Below are positions 24,713-37,388 of a stretch of DNA of 64,000 nt, in pieces. The notes beneath the pieces are model-generated. The model was not told the origin of the DNA, searched no databases, and saw only the letters and a program-made list of their open reading frames with translations. Each line of letters opens with the position of its first letter. The stretch's first letter is position 1. The stretch spans positions 14,511,129 through 14,575,128 of the forward strand of contig CM082576.2 in assembly GCA_040954595.2 (NCBI GenBank), given 5' to 3'. The translations under genes and the position numbers were made by a program. This stretch comes from Balanoglossus misakiensis. Its lineage: Eukaryota; Animalia; Hemichordata.

Positions 24713-27700
24713 ATGGCAAAGGAAACCCTATTTTCACTGGAAGTTGTTGTTGAGGAAGTTTGCGTACTTTCGTCAACGGTGCCCTGTCGATTACCGGCCA
24801 TTGCATTCAGGTTGCTCGATTTCCCCACTTTGGTTGTGCATCATATAGAGCAGGATGTGGCGGAGAAGATCAAGACAAAACTCACCATGGATCCAACCGT
24901 CGAGGTGCCTCCCCAGCTACAGGAATTGAAAGATAGATGGGGTATTTTCAACGTAAACAAAGGTAAATCATGCCTGTTCAAGATGGACGTTGAGACTTTG
25001 CGCGCCCACCTTGACAACACCCCCCTGTATATAATGTTGATAGACATGTGGCCCAATGTGCCAAAGCTGGTTGGTAACAGTACGATTCCACTGAATGTGA
25101 CTATGGATAAAATCTGCAGGGACATTGAAAACCACGACATAAGCACTCCCTTTGTACACGGCGAGAAAGGAAGATACAAACTATATAACCTGATGTCAAC
25201 TGAAATTGGATTCATATCAATGGGATTCAGGCTGTTAAGTCTTGGACCGGGACTTATACAACATATCCCAGACCAGGCCATTGTCAGAGCGGGTGATAAG
25301 CGTGGGAAAGACGTCAGTCCTGAGATAAAGAAAATAACGGAGACAACTGACATCATACTCGAGGATATTGAAACCCCGATAAAGAAACTCCCAGTTGTCA
25401 TCTCAAAGGCTGATGACCGTCCCCAACGCAAACCTGCAGTGAAGCCAGTCATGACGCAAACTGAAAACAAGCAGAGAAGAGCGAAACAAGTGCAGTTTCT
25501 CCCAGAGGAAGAATCGGGGATCCATGTGACCGACACGATTTGCCCGCCGCCGTTATTTTTCAATTCTCTGGCTGAAGAGAGGCTTCAGGTTCCAAGGCAG
25601 CCCACTCATCCGTCGGCTGGAGCCACGACAAGTACGCCACTGTGGTATGAAGCAGAGGAATCCGACACTGCGAGCATTGCCAGTGATATATCGGGCGTCG
25701 GGGTCATCGAGTCGCACTACAAGTTTGCAGGGACCCAGACGACTCCGTTCTCCATCAGGAAGACCACGAGAAAACCCCCTTCGCCGCAGAGAGGGAGACC
25801 AGCCTCAGCGGCTCCCCGCCCGACCGCCGCTCAGCAGCCCGCAGCGTTTCCGCAGGATCTCCCCCTGTTGCAAGCGCTGTTGCAAGAGCTGTCGAGAATA
25901 CAGGGCGTCCCGCTGCAACAGGTTCCTCCACCCTCGCAGCATCGGGCGGCGACGCCCCGAAGACAGCCAAAGCCACAGACGCCGCTCAGTGCCTACAGGA
26001 CGCCGATAAAGGGCAAAGAGAACGTCAAAGTACCGAGCAGATTCTCGTCGCTGCAGCAGCCGTCCAAACCCTCAAGGAAGAAGCACGCTGACTGTGCGAC
26101 GCCACCGAAACGAGTGTCGGCAAACGTGGGCTGGCTGCGACAAGAGCCAGTGTATGGCAAGAAGAAGACCAAACTGAGCTACGGATTGACAAACACCCTC
26201 CGACTCCGACTCCAACGGAATAATCCGGAGCTGCTGCATTATCTGGAAGAACAGGAATTCCAGAAGAGGGCCCCAGAGGCATGGGACCAGCACAGCATGC
26301 TAGAGGGCGATGTTTCAGTAGATGTGGGCAGACACCAAGATGATGAGCCAATTGCCAAACCTTTGAACTTTGGTGAGTACATACATAAACATGCACTGTT
26401 TTCCTCAGAGCAATTAATGCACAGTGGCCATTATAATTTTTGTGTGTGCAAACTCCTGTCTGTAACTAATGAAAACTAACCGTGATTACTGATAGGAAAA
26501 TGTGTTGATGTTCTTGTTCTGGAATGTAGAATATAGCTAGCCAAAACAACTGGCTGTCAGCAAGTATAACCTGCCATACTTTTATTTTTGCCGCCTGTAG
26601 TGTAACATAGATTTTCTACATCCCTGTTGTTATTATTTATTTCATTTTAAAACTCCTACGGTAATTTACACTTAACCCAAGTCTCTCAGATCACAATAAT
26701 TATTCATGTGAATGATGTTGAATTGTTGAATCATGTTTCAGGTGATACCCAAACACTCCAGTCACCCAGAAGAAAACCTGTTCCCACTCCAAGAAAATCC
26801 AAAACTACGGCCAGTGATGAAAGCGTTAGAGACACAGAAGTTGCACCTGTGGAACCACTTGACTTGAAGAGCTTAGTTACTGGTAGGTATCATATCATAT
26901 AGTTTAGCCTAAGAAGAGAATTCCTCCTACACAGTGTGTTGTAGTGTGATTACCCAACAAGCAACAAGCATTGCATTGTATGTACTTGTAGTGTAGTCTG
27001 GTTAAGGTTTACATTGTGTCTTGTGTATCATGATAGTACTGGGTGTTTGAACATTTGGTAAGGCACACAGGTGGTATGTAGGTATTTTAACATTTTGTTT
27101 GCAGGCAACTTGGAAATTGTTTGGCGTTGTCAGGTTCAAATTTCACGTTCCAACACTGATATGTTTAATGTTTTGACATTTTCTGTCCTGTCTAGCATAG
27201 ATCGGCATTCGTAATATTAAACACACATGCCAACCAACTCCAAGTTTCAGTATTTGCCTACTTCTTTTAGCAGTTCTGGTTTATTTTCACATCGACTGAT
27301 TTGGCATTTTACCTTGCACTCTGGAAGTTTACTACATTGTACATCCTGTGTGTTAATTAAATCCTAAAATCCTCTCTCTCTCTCTCCAGTTGCCAAGGAA
27401 ATCGAAGATGAAAAAAGTGGTACTAGCAGCAGCGCTAGAAGTGGTAAAAACATAGAAGTTCACATGCCGTCTATAACAACTCATCCTGATAGTGAAGACA
27501 GCTCCGATGCGACGGATGACGAGTTCGACAACGAGGAGGGCAACGCCCAAGGTTTTCAAAAACCCGAAGTCAAGGATGATCATGAGGTGGATGCTGCAGG
27601 GAGTGGTTCAGACCGATATTCCGAAGACTTCGAGGAATCGCAAGTTTCTGACGAGAAGTCGCCTGCATCCGAGTATTCGAAATCGGCGGAGAGCGAAAAG

Positions 27701-28180
27701 GGTGAAGTGTCGGAAGGCAGCTACAGTTCTCAAGAGGAAGAAGGGTCTCATCGTTCACAAACATCCCAGCGCTCAGATGCATCTCTGCGTCAGCACTCCT
27801 CGGGATCGCAGCATTCCAAACATTCTGTCGCTTCCCAGAAATCAGACGCCTCCGGGAAACGACAGGAATACTACCTTTCGTCCGATGCTTCTAGCGATCG
27901 GTCAAGATCGTACTCCGGTTCCTCAGGGTCGGTATATTCGGACGACGACAGTGACCTTGGCATCGGCTACATCCCAAGTGCCCTGGAGGTCGTTCCAAAG
28001 CCGTCAACTTCCAGCAGGTCGCCAAGGCATGTGTCGAAGACCATCACTTTGAAAGGCAAGGGAACGTCGGCGTATGAACCAATAGGATCAACACCAACAG
28101 CCGAGTCCAAAGAAAGTGCGGAGTTCAAGTCGGTTACCGTCAGCGTCAGCTCTCTAGGAGTATCTGATGAGGCATTCTAA
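24713..28180 (+). CDS. MAP10: Microtubule-associated protein 10 (KIAA1383) homolog, about 863 aa
   Basis: Exons 24713-26372, 26742-26882, 27390-28180 (phase-1 junctions, 2592 nt). Signature motifs LFSLEVVV, PAIAFRLLDFPTL, GKSCLF, TPLY and YGLTNTLRLRL..NP. Ser/acidic C-terminal tail. Confidence 0.92.
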
Positions 28181-28261
28181 CTTCAGCTGCTCTGTTCAAC
28201 ATATATTAGTTTGGACTTGTAATGAACTCTCCCTCACTCCACTGTGTCATTTCAGGAGGTA

Positions 28262-28466
28262 CTGTAAAACGGGCTATTTTCGCAAGCAATAAATTTGCAG
28301 GAAATACGCAAGAGCCAAAAAACGTGAAGATAAAAAGTCGCGTAAGAGTGGTTTTTGGAGATAATGATGCAGTGAAATACGAGAACGAGAAAATGAATGC
28401 TCGCGTAACAGTTGCCTCTTTTGATATCGCGGAAATTTCCAGTTGCGAAAATAACCCGTTTTACAG
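28262..28466. mobile_element. MITE, Tc1/mariner-like, in MAP10 3' UTR region
   Basis: TA|CTGTAAAACGGGCTATTTTCGCAA ... TTGCGAAAATAACCCGTTTTACAG|TA; TA TSD. Confidence 0.82.
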
Positions 28467-30305
28467 TATTTTGTAATCATATGCAATGGAGGTAAACTTT
28501 AATAATCCTGGCTTTTTCTAACGTCACATCAGGGTTTGGATCTCCTGGGAGAAATTTCATATGATTCATTTTGACTCTGCAACAAAATTTAACAAATTAA
28601 TTTGAAAATGAACGGAATGATTGTGTTGTGAAAGATTTACCAGGCAATTTCAAAGCATTTTGATTCAGGGTGTGACAAAACTGAATTGTTCACTTAATGA
28701 TCTGCCATCTGATCCTTGGATGTTTTTAAAGAATGCTTTCAAATTAGATTTCTAGAAAACTAGTGCATGTAAGTTGTATACTGAGATTTTTAGTTGTGGA
28801 CAGCAAATTCTTGATTGGAAAGTGTTTTCATTGGGCTTAGCCACACCCGTATATTAAACATTAACATCCAATATAGCTGAATCAAATTTGAATCCCATAA
28901 TTTATGAGATCATAGCACATAATTTGATCCTAAATCTGATTGCACAAAACCCCAGTGTACTAATCTGCTAAGTTTTAAGCATTTCATGGCTTGATTATTA
29001 TACACAAGCAACTCTCCTAGAGTAACAAGTAATTCTCAGCAAAGTAATCAACACAGATAAGGAAAAATCACACGGTATATGTCTAGATGATATGTGAATA
29101 ATTTAAACAGATTCAGTAAGTTATCATTTTCGGTGATTATGCTGAAAATCTCAATTGTACATTTATAGAAATATTTTCATGGACTGAAATATTAAACTTC
29201 AAACAAATCTCAAATTGAAGTTCTTCATTCCATTCAAGAAACATGTCTTATGTAAAGAGATTTAATATGTTCAAATGTAATAAAATCCTTTCATTTTGTA
29301 CTTTTTATGTAATTACTTAATTCCAAGGAATATGTACACTGTATAAAGTCATTTCATCTGATACATGTATTTATAAACACTTTCTACGCAACAACGATCC
29401 GATAGAATGTGCTGATTGTGCAATGTTGAAATTTCAATAAATTACTATTCTAATGAGATTTCTGCTTTCTTGTGGTTAATTTTGACACCAAGGTGTCGAG
29501 TCGACGATTTTTACATTCATTCTGAAATACACGTATTCGCTGGAGCAAAATTGTTAATAAAAATTAGTAAAATGGCCAGGAATCAAAGGGCACTCAAATT
29601 AACTTGGTGAACACCATAGGCCCCCCAAAATGGTTTGTTTCTAATCCTTGTGTGTGTCATCTATACACATGCACAATGCCGCATATGGTTATTGTGATGA
29701 AGTTGCACTGAGAAGCCTTGCAATGTAAAAGCTAAAGCCCCGCAGCAACATTTCCTCTACATGCAGTCCAATCCTGTGTTTTGTGTTTGTTTGTGTTGTC
29801 AGCCATAAAAAACGTATCACCGCATATCTTTGCAAGATGGTTAAGTTAAACTTGGGGTCCCTTGGCAAGTTACCGGAGCAACCAACTGTGACTGTACTCA
29901 AAAAAATTATCCAACCATTGATTACCAACTAAACCATATTCCCCAAACAGCCCCATTGTCACCACAGGCTAGTTGACATAGCAATCCCCTCTTGAGTGCC
30001 AATCTCAATTTGTACAGCAGCATTTATGCAGAAAATCTGTGCAAATGGCTGAATGTAGTCATGTCAATGAAATGTGAAATTGCAAAAATGGCAGATTCTT
30101 TAGTTTGATTTTTGCAGTCAGTCATGATGGAGGGACTGAATTTGGGAGTTCACATATACTGGCTCCCCCTTCACACTACTATACATGCTATACCTATACA
30201 TGTGTACCATGCCAAATAAAACCTGTGAAGAAACCAGTATACATACTTGATATTTATTGCTACATTCCAACCATAGTCCCGATGTTACTAGGGTAGTGCA
30301 CACTT

Positions 30306-30450
30306 CTGGGACGGATTTCACAGAAAAATGATAGCCTTAAAACTTTCCAAGTCTTTGCTACATTGAAGTGTATACGGTGTCTTTTTGTAAACGGGGGTTT
30401 CTTCCCTTTTTTCTTTCAAAATGAAGGTGTAAAAAGTGCCATTATCAATC

Positions 30451-30485
<35 letters not shown>

Positions 30486-30664
30486 CACAAGTGGCCAATT
30501 GACCGAGTAACTGGTGAGTACATGCAAGGTTGACCTTGAAATAAAAGTGTAAAGTTAGGTGGTCTGCACATGCGCAATAAATAGACAGTAGGATGGAAAA
30601 TGTCGTCTGGTCAGATCTCAACCGGAAAGCGCGACATTAAAAACACGATGCTGTAGTCATGCGG
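30306..30664. repeat. About 350-bp dispersed direct repeat, copy 1 (contains an (ATTG)n microsatellite)
   Basis: Aligns with 37389-37726, e.g. GATTTCACAGAAAAATGA, GATTCACAAGTGGCCAATTGACCGAG, CTGCACATGCGCAATAAATA, TGTCGTCTGGTCAGAT, ATGCTGTAGTCATGCGG. Confidence 0.85.
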
Positions 30665-32200
30665 GTATGATTTATCTCTTCATGTGTCAGTGGGGCCGAA
30701 CATAGCGAGAACGCTCGTTTGACGCAAATTCGGGAGATCGTCTAAGCTACCGATTTATCGTTTTTAGTCACTTTACAATTAATAACTAACTGAACTAGCA
30801 TCTATACACAAGCGCCTGTGGTATAACCCTATAGGCGCGATAAAGCGCGATGAAACTGTAACAGAGAACATTGTCAGGGATAGCTTTGATAGTTTACAAA
30901 TGTTTTATGACTTTTCTTTTTTGGCACCTGGAGAGTGATTTATTCACATTCATATTGTTAACAGGAATATATGACATTTTAAAGGGAAATTCAATTACCT
31001 TTTACAAACACAGTGCAAAATTGCATACGGATGCATTATTTGACTAACCGTTCCCAACTTAATTAATTACCCCACCCATTTTTTCACGCAAACATATACA
31101 TTTATTTATATTGGCAGACTTCATTGAAAAACAAAATGCTACTGATGTTTCCTGTTAATGTTAAAGGTCCATGACCTATAACAGCGGATTATTTTTTCTC
31201 AAAATGACTACTTTTTATGTATCAACTACAATGTCATTGTCTTTCTATCCCCACTACATTACACCACAATGCAGTTTTCAGATCGTCAGTAAATCACACA
31301 GCCTGTTACACTGAACACGCATGCCCGGACGTCAGGAGTCCACTCTCTTTGATTATGTTTCGACAAATCAAACGATTTTGTTGTTGCCGAGGGCACAATT
31401 TTCAGTAAGGAAGAAAAATTCACTTAAAGAAAGATTTGTCGTGGTTTCCATATTGCTACATGGTAACCGAGTTATTCATTGGTGACTCGGTGATATCTCG
31501 GTGATTAATCAAGTGCGCGCGCAGAGAGCCAAAATGTAAGAGTTGAGAAAAATAAGTACGTGGGCATGAAACAAACAAACCACATTTGGCGAACTTTGGA
31601 ATCGACTATTATAGTCCATTCAGATTAGCCTGGCCATAAGGCAGTGTTTGCTCTTCCAGATCGACGCGCAATGCCCATACAATCAATCATATCACGGTCA
31701 TATCACCGTGATCATATGAAGCGACTGTCCTCACGTGATACGTTTCCTCGGACACAAAAGTCTCGGTGTAACTCAAGTAAAGATAGCCTATTTAAAATTC
31801 TAAGCCTTTATCACTCTGCATGTTCAGCAACTTCTGTGTGGAAAACGTAAATGTTTGGGAAATGCATTTGATGAAAAACATGCCATCCAACACGAACAAT
31901 AATATCAATGTTTCAGTGGACATCGTAATGAAAAAAATGTTTCAGGAGACATCGTAAAGAAAAAGGTTACTGTTTGCCTTGAAAGTTGAAAGCGAGCCAA
32001 CTCTTATATTTTCAAAGAGTGCGACAATACAAGAACAGATCGTTTCATGTCGGGATAAATTGGGTCAAAAGAAATTAAATATTGTTACATTAATCAAAGC
32101 GTAAAATTCAATTAAAAAAAGGAAACATTAAAAGAGAATTGTTGACTTGCCTCAAAATGGTCCTGCTGTTATTTTTGTCATAAAAACGATATTGAGTTCC

Positions 32201-32230
32201 TATAAAGCGAGTCGGACACACCTGGCAGTT
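32201..32230 (+). promoter_or_regulatory. Candidate TATA box/Inr of the lectin gene
   Basis: TATAAAG at 32201, CAGTT about 25 nt downstream, ATG at 32300. Confidence 0.45.
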
Positions 32231-32299
32231 AAACTTGCAGTCTTTGCAGAGAGTCTGCGAGCTTGGTTGCGTTTGTGCGATCATTCCTGAGTGTCGACA

Positions 32300-35200
32300 A
32301 TGCTTCAAAGAAAATTGATCGTTGTAATTCTCCTTTGTGTGCATTCCTTGTTGGAGTTTCCAAAATGTGACGGCCACTTTCAACAGCACCGTAAGTATTG
32401 AGATAGAGAAAATATTTTGTCTCGTATTCCGCATTTTCCCACAAGTCGGAATCTGTTACACTTTAAATCGAACGCAATCAAATGTCATGTCGGCGCGTAT
32501 AATTGTGAATTTCTTGTTATTTGCCGCTGTTTTGTTTGCAAAATTATTTTTTTATCTGTACTTGATGTCAACATTACAGTTTGTGAAGATGAATGGCATC
32601 ATTTCAAAGGAAAATGCTACTACGTGTTCAGAGAAGAAATTTACCCATACCAAGAGGCAAGGACGGTTTGTGCTGGTCTCGGTGGAATGTTGGTTAAGAT
32701 AAACAACGACCAAGAACACCTCTATTTGAAAGGTGGGATCATATTGTACAACATATTATGTTCTCTGTCAGCATTTCGAAATAGATTGAACGGACTGACA
32801 AACCAGATTTTCATAAACTTCGAATATAGAGCTAACAGAAAATATATAATTTGTTGGTGGGAAACATGAAATATAAGGAGAAATAATCGATTAAAAACAA
32901 GTGTCATAAAAGGTGCATCTCAACCTTAAGTCGATTTCTGATTTTCCCGGGGTACACATTTATTGGCCAGACAGACAGACAGAGGATTAATAACTTGATG
33001 ATTCGCTTTGTGTTCTCATATACACAAAGTTGGCGCCAGCTCCCACGGAGAACCTTATTATATATGCCGGAGTAAGAGTATGATAAGCTGTCGAACATTC
33101 ATATTAGATTTAAGCAAAATATAAAGTGCAAATGTAAACAAAATATTTTCAAAATTGTTCCAAATGTCATAGAGATAATTTTGAATTAAAAAACACTACA
33201 ATAGCTTACTAAGTATCCGATATACTGCCCAAATATGGTTTTCTAGGAATACTGTTCGCCATATTGAATTTATGCAAATTATAATAACTGCCCATGTCAA
33301 ATATTATTCCAAAATGTTTCGTCATGAACATGAAATAGTTTTAAACTTTAAAATCATAGGGGGGGGGGAAACGTTTATTTCTTGATATTTGGCCCGAAAA
33401 TCTCCAATATTAAATTTATGCAAATTAGACATATTTCCACAAGGTGGATTCGGGTGCATTTTTGATGTTGTTCTATAGACACCTCTCCAAAATGCATTTT
33501 TAAGGAAAAAATTATGTTGCAATTTGTGGTGGGTCTAGCCCTATATTGACTAGACTAGTCTCAAATCTGAAACGTTTCGTAATAGTTTATGCCAGTATTT
33601 GAGCTGAGACATTTCAGAAACATTCAGTGATTCCTGTGTGAATTGAATGGCCTGAATTTTATAAAGTAGGCCTAAGTTTTCTTTGTCGATTTCTCATTTT
33701 CCCAGGGTATACGCTATTGAACAGACATCTGTGGATTGGAGCAACCGACCTTGAACATGAAGGAAGATGGAAGTGGGAAGACGGAACTTCTGTAAGTCTT
33801 TACATTATTTGAACCAGCATATATTGGGTCTAAAGTCTCTAGTATTATGCTACTTCATTAAAACATAACAAAGCAGTGAGTAAGTACTATTTATGATCGT
33901 TTTTTTTCCAACTGAAAGTGCCGTTCACACAAATTGTCGATTTTCTCTGTTCGGTTTTGGGCTCTGGAGTGCAACTTCAAAAGAGTGTAACGCAACGCGT
34001 GCACAGATTGTTCTGATTTTTGGCCTGAGGAAGGGAACAATACTTGTCTCCAAACTCGTGGACCGGATTTCCAATAAAGTTGATAGAACAAAAGATATCA
34101 CCACACAAGTGAACAAAAGTCGATAATTTATGCAAAAATCGACAGTTGACATTTTAAAGGCTCATTGTTCGAAAACAAAAGTGAATATCAAAATTCCATG
34201 ATACAGTATTTTTACCACTATACCCAGCTGTCGATTGCCGGTAACAGATCACCTGGAGGCATTGTCTTTTTTTTATTGCCACGCCTTTGAGTAAAAAAAC
34301 TTAACGAGAAAGAGAACAGAAATTTTGGAAAATGAACCAGATTTTCATAAACTTCAAGTATAGAGCTAACACAAAAATATATAATGTGTTGGTGGGAAAC
34401 ATGAAAAATAAGGAGAAAAAATCGATTAAAAACAAGTGTCATAAAAGGTGCATCTCAACCTTAACATGCATGTACTTATCATTAAAATATTTAGCATACA
34501 TGTATACGTTACTCAAATACTTATTTTCACAGTACCGGAGCAATATATCAACACTCAGAAGTCAGTCAAGTAATAGGGCCGCAGTCAATGGTTTCAGCAA
34601 CTAGAACCAGCGTTTTTATATCACATTGTATCACAAAACTACGACAGTCACCGCGGTTTCGCGATGCTGATAGACGATTGCACACTGAATATCGTTCACC
34701 GCCTGCAGGTCCTCCATGACGCAGGGATATGATTCTTGTTAAAGTTTTGGTCAATTGACTCTAGATGCTTTAGTGTTTAATGACGACGTGCTGCATTTAC
34801 TAGTACATACCTGCCTGTGTTTCCAACAGGTAACATACTCTCATTGGCAACCTGGACAACCGGATAATGCCGGAAACAACGAACACTGTGCCCATTTGTA
34901 CAAACTTTGGAATGCAAACTGGAACGACGCCCGTTGCACAACTAAAATGGGATTCATTTGTGAAAAGGATACATGTAAGTACGTCTTTGAATGACGCTTT
35001 CCGATTTATTCGAGAAATGTGTTTGGTCCGGTGAGTTTTTTTTAGCTAGACGAGTTCTACTACTAAACGTTAGGGAAAGCAAATGACATAAAATACATTA
35101 TTCTAGGACAGTTGCCGCCTTTATGGAAACCCACATCCCGGACACCTAAACCCTTTTTCTTATCCCAGATCTGAGAAGAGGGTGAGAAATGTCTGCATTG

Positions 35201-36439
35201 TATGTGTCCGTGGAATAAGTCTGTTTTGATACAGAAATAGGAGACCAGATTCATCAAAATAACCTGACCGTCTGCTAAAACATAATCGAAGTCTCGACTG
35301 ATATTGTTGATTAGGCAGGAGAACTTTGAAAAATGTACCTGGTGTACACTTTGGGGAAGGCGTGATATTTTAAGGTTACAGGAAAAACAACCCAATACGT
35401 CCAAGGCTTGTTTTTTTTCTATGCAGTGTGTAAAATTACCGACGTCGGTGTAGAGAGTGGTGCCATTCCAGATTCACAGATGACTGCCAGTAGCTATGTT
35501 GATACAAGACACATGCCTTACCGGGGAAGACTAAATTTTCATCAAGACGAGCGGTTTCATGCTTGGTCTTCAAGAACTAACGCAGTCGGACAATGGTTGC
35601 AAATAGACCTCGGACGCATCAGGAAAGTTGTCAAAGTGGCGACGCAGGTAATGAAACTTCTCTATGGTCTCTGATTGTGTGCCTTGCCGCATTTGCCATT
35701 GGGATGGAATAAGTGTCACTTTACAAATAATTTCAAATAATTTCGATATTCCTTTAAAAATAGCGTATTTATTGTATTTTACCCAGGGACGTGGTGATAT
35801 GGATCAATGGGTAAAATCCTACAAGTTACGATACATCGACGACTCAATTTGGAAATATGTGACTGATTCTACGGGCAATGAAAAGGTACGATTCCAATGA
35901 TAAACCGCATCCTTTATCTATACGACACGAAATATTGAACGATCGGTCACGCATTAACCGACGCTATGGAAACACAGGCCACGTGTATCAATCGCAAATC
36001 AAGGCTACGGTATAATTTTGTACATCTGCATTCGTCCAGCTATGCCACGATTTTGCACCCATGCATTAGCCTTTGTTTAATTTTGGAATATATAATTGAT
36101 CGTATAAAACGACATTTGTTTCCTACACGTGTTTTCGACACAGACAAAAACACTCATGTTTTTTTTTTCTCTCTGGTATCTTCTTGTGACTAACTAGACT
36201 AGCATAAATAAAAAATATTGGTCACCAAGCAGCTATCTTCACAATAAAATGTGATGTTAACATGACTAAGTGTCAAATCTTATTCTTCATTACAGTTGTT
36301 TTCTGGGAACTATAACAGGGACACAATTGTCTACCACGAGTTCTTCAGAAACGCCCTCATCGCTCAGTACGTTAGATTTTATCCGATGACGTGGCACAAT
36401 CACATTTCCATGCGAGTTGAAGTCTACGCATGTGAATAA
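32300..36439 (+). CDS. Secreted C-type lectin domain + F5/8 type C (discoidin) domain protein, about 312 aa
   Basis: Exons 32300-32390 (signal peptide MLQRKLIVVILLCVHSLL..), 32580-32732, 33706-33791, 34830-34974, 35427-35647, 35787-35885, 36296-36439; phases consistent (939 nt). CTLD motifs C...W..F.GKCY, WIG, QPD, WND, FICE. F5/8C motifs G.ESG.IPDSQMTASS, QWLQIDLG, VATQG, FSGN, YVRFYP..W..HISMRVEVYAC. Confidence 0.93.
32800..32928. repeat. About 130-bp intronic repeat duplicated at 34334-34462 (transposon terminus ending CCTTAA)
   Basis: AACCAGATTTTCATAAACTTC...AAATCGATTAAAAACAAGTGTCATAAAAGGTGCATCTCAACCTTAA occurs, nearly identical, in introns 2 and 3 of the lectin gene. Confidence 0.75.
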
Positions 36440-36594
36440 TGTACAACTAATATATTGTGTCGGCTAGTCACCTTTTGGTGATTGCAAATATCTGTTGAAA
36501 GTAAAATTTCAGTAAGCAATAAAATATGATCTTGCATCATAATTGTAGAACGAGCATGTCTGTCTGTCTGTCTGTCTGTCTTCATAGGGACCTT

Positions 36595-37125
36595 CATCGA
36601 TTGCCAGCTTAGTGCCATTGCATAGCTGTGATTGGGCATATGTCTCTAAAATTCTCTCAAGTAAATTTCTTCCCTGGATCAGCATTAATTTTGTAAGGCT
36701 TCCTTTACAAAGTTTTTTCCGAAAGAAAATGCTGACGAAGTTAACAAATGGTTTGGTTTGGCAGCGCCATTAAAGCAAGATCAAAGCTATTAATTCCCTC
36801 ATCACACGTTTATTTTGGCAAAATAAGAAAAAGATATACCCTTGTGAGTATACACATACGCTTTCTGCTTCCCTGACAATTTATCAAGTGACAAAGTTTC
36901 CATCAACTTTAGTGTTTCCACAACTTTGGCCATATCACCGGAAATGAAATGAACCCATGTTATATACAAGAAGAATGCAAGAAGAACCAACCTATCACCA
37001 CATGTACCAAGTGGACCGTCGAGTTCTCCATCACATCTGTCGAATTCTTTCTGGCTGTCGGTGAGGGCGTCGCTTTGAATGATGAAGAAGACTATACAGC
37101 TACCACAAACAATCGACAAATGCAA
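36595..37125 (-). pseudogene. Frameshifted TPR-protein fragment resembling IFIT-family proteins
   Basis: Across frameshifts reads LVLLAFFLYITWVHFISGDMAKVVETLKLM..LDKLS..AYVYTHKGISFSYFAKINV / DEGINSFDLALMALPNQ / LTSSAFSFGK / GRNLLERILET / PNHSYAMAL. This is collinear with IFIT TPR motifs recalled from memory. Several stops and frameshifts. Confidence 0.45.
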
Positions 37126-37149
37126 TTTAAAGTTAGGCTTTGAATGATG

Positions 37150-37325
37150 GGGCCAAACAAAAAATTATGTCATGTTCCGATTACCCGACCTACCCTAATT
37201 TTAGCCCGTCGACCCTAAACTTTTTAGAGCTTCGTAAACCAATGTCAATCACGCAAGAACTATGACGTCATTTTTCTACACTACGGCGACCAAAGATATA
37301 TAAATAAATTGCAAAATTAAAGAAT
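37150..37325. mobile_element. Dispersed repeat / DNA element fragment, related copies at about 47795-48040 and inverted at about 48150-48225
   Basis: Shared TCCGATTACCCGA.CTACCCTAATTTTA.CCCG.CGACCCTAAAC...AATCACGCAAGAACTATGACG...TCTACACTACGGCG. Confidence 0.7.
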
Positions 37326-37388
37326 TTCCTTACTTCACATATTTTTATTTGGGTTGAGAGGATCAGCTTGTTTCTTTTTACGTTTTTG

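Noticed and set aside
24841-26396. Antisense and alternative-frame ORFs over MAP10 (likewise over the 5636, 10617 and RCOR CDSs)
   Set aside because: Shadows of GC-richer real coding sequence with no independent motifs.
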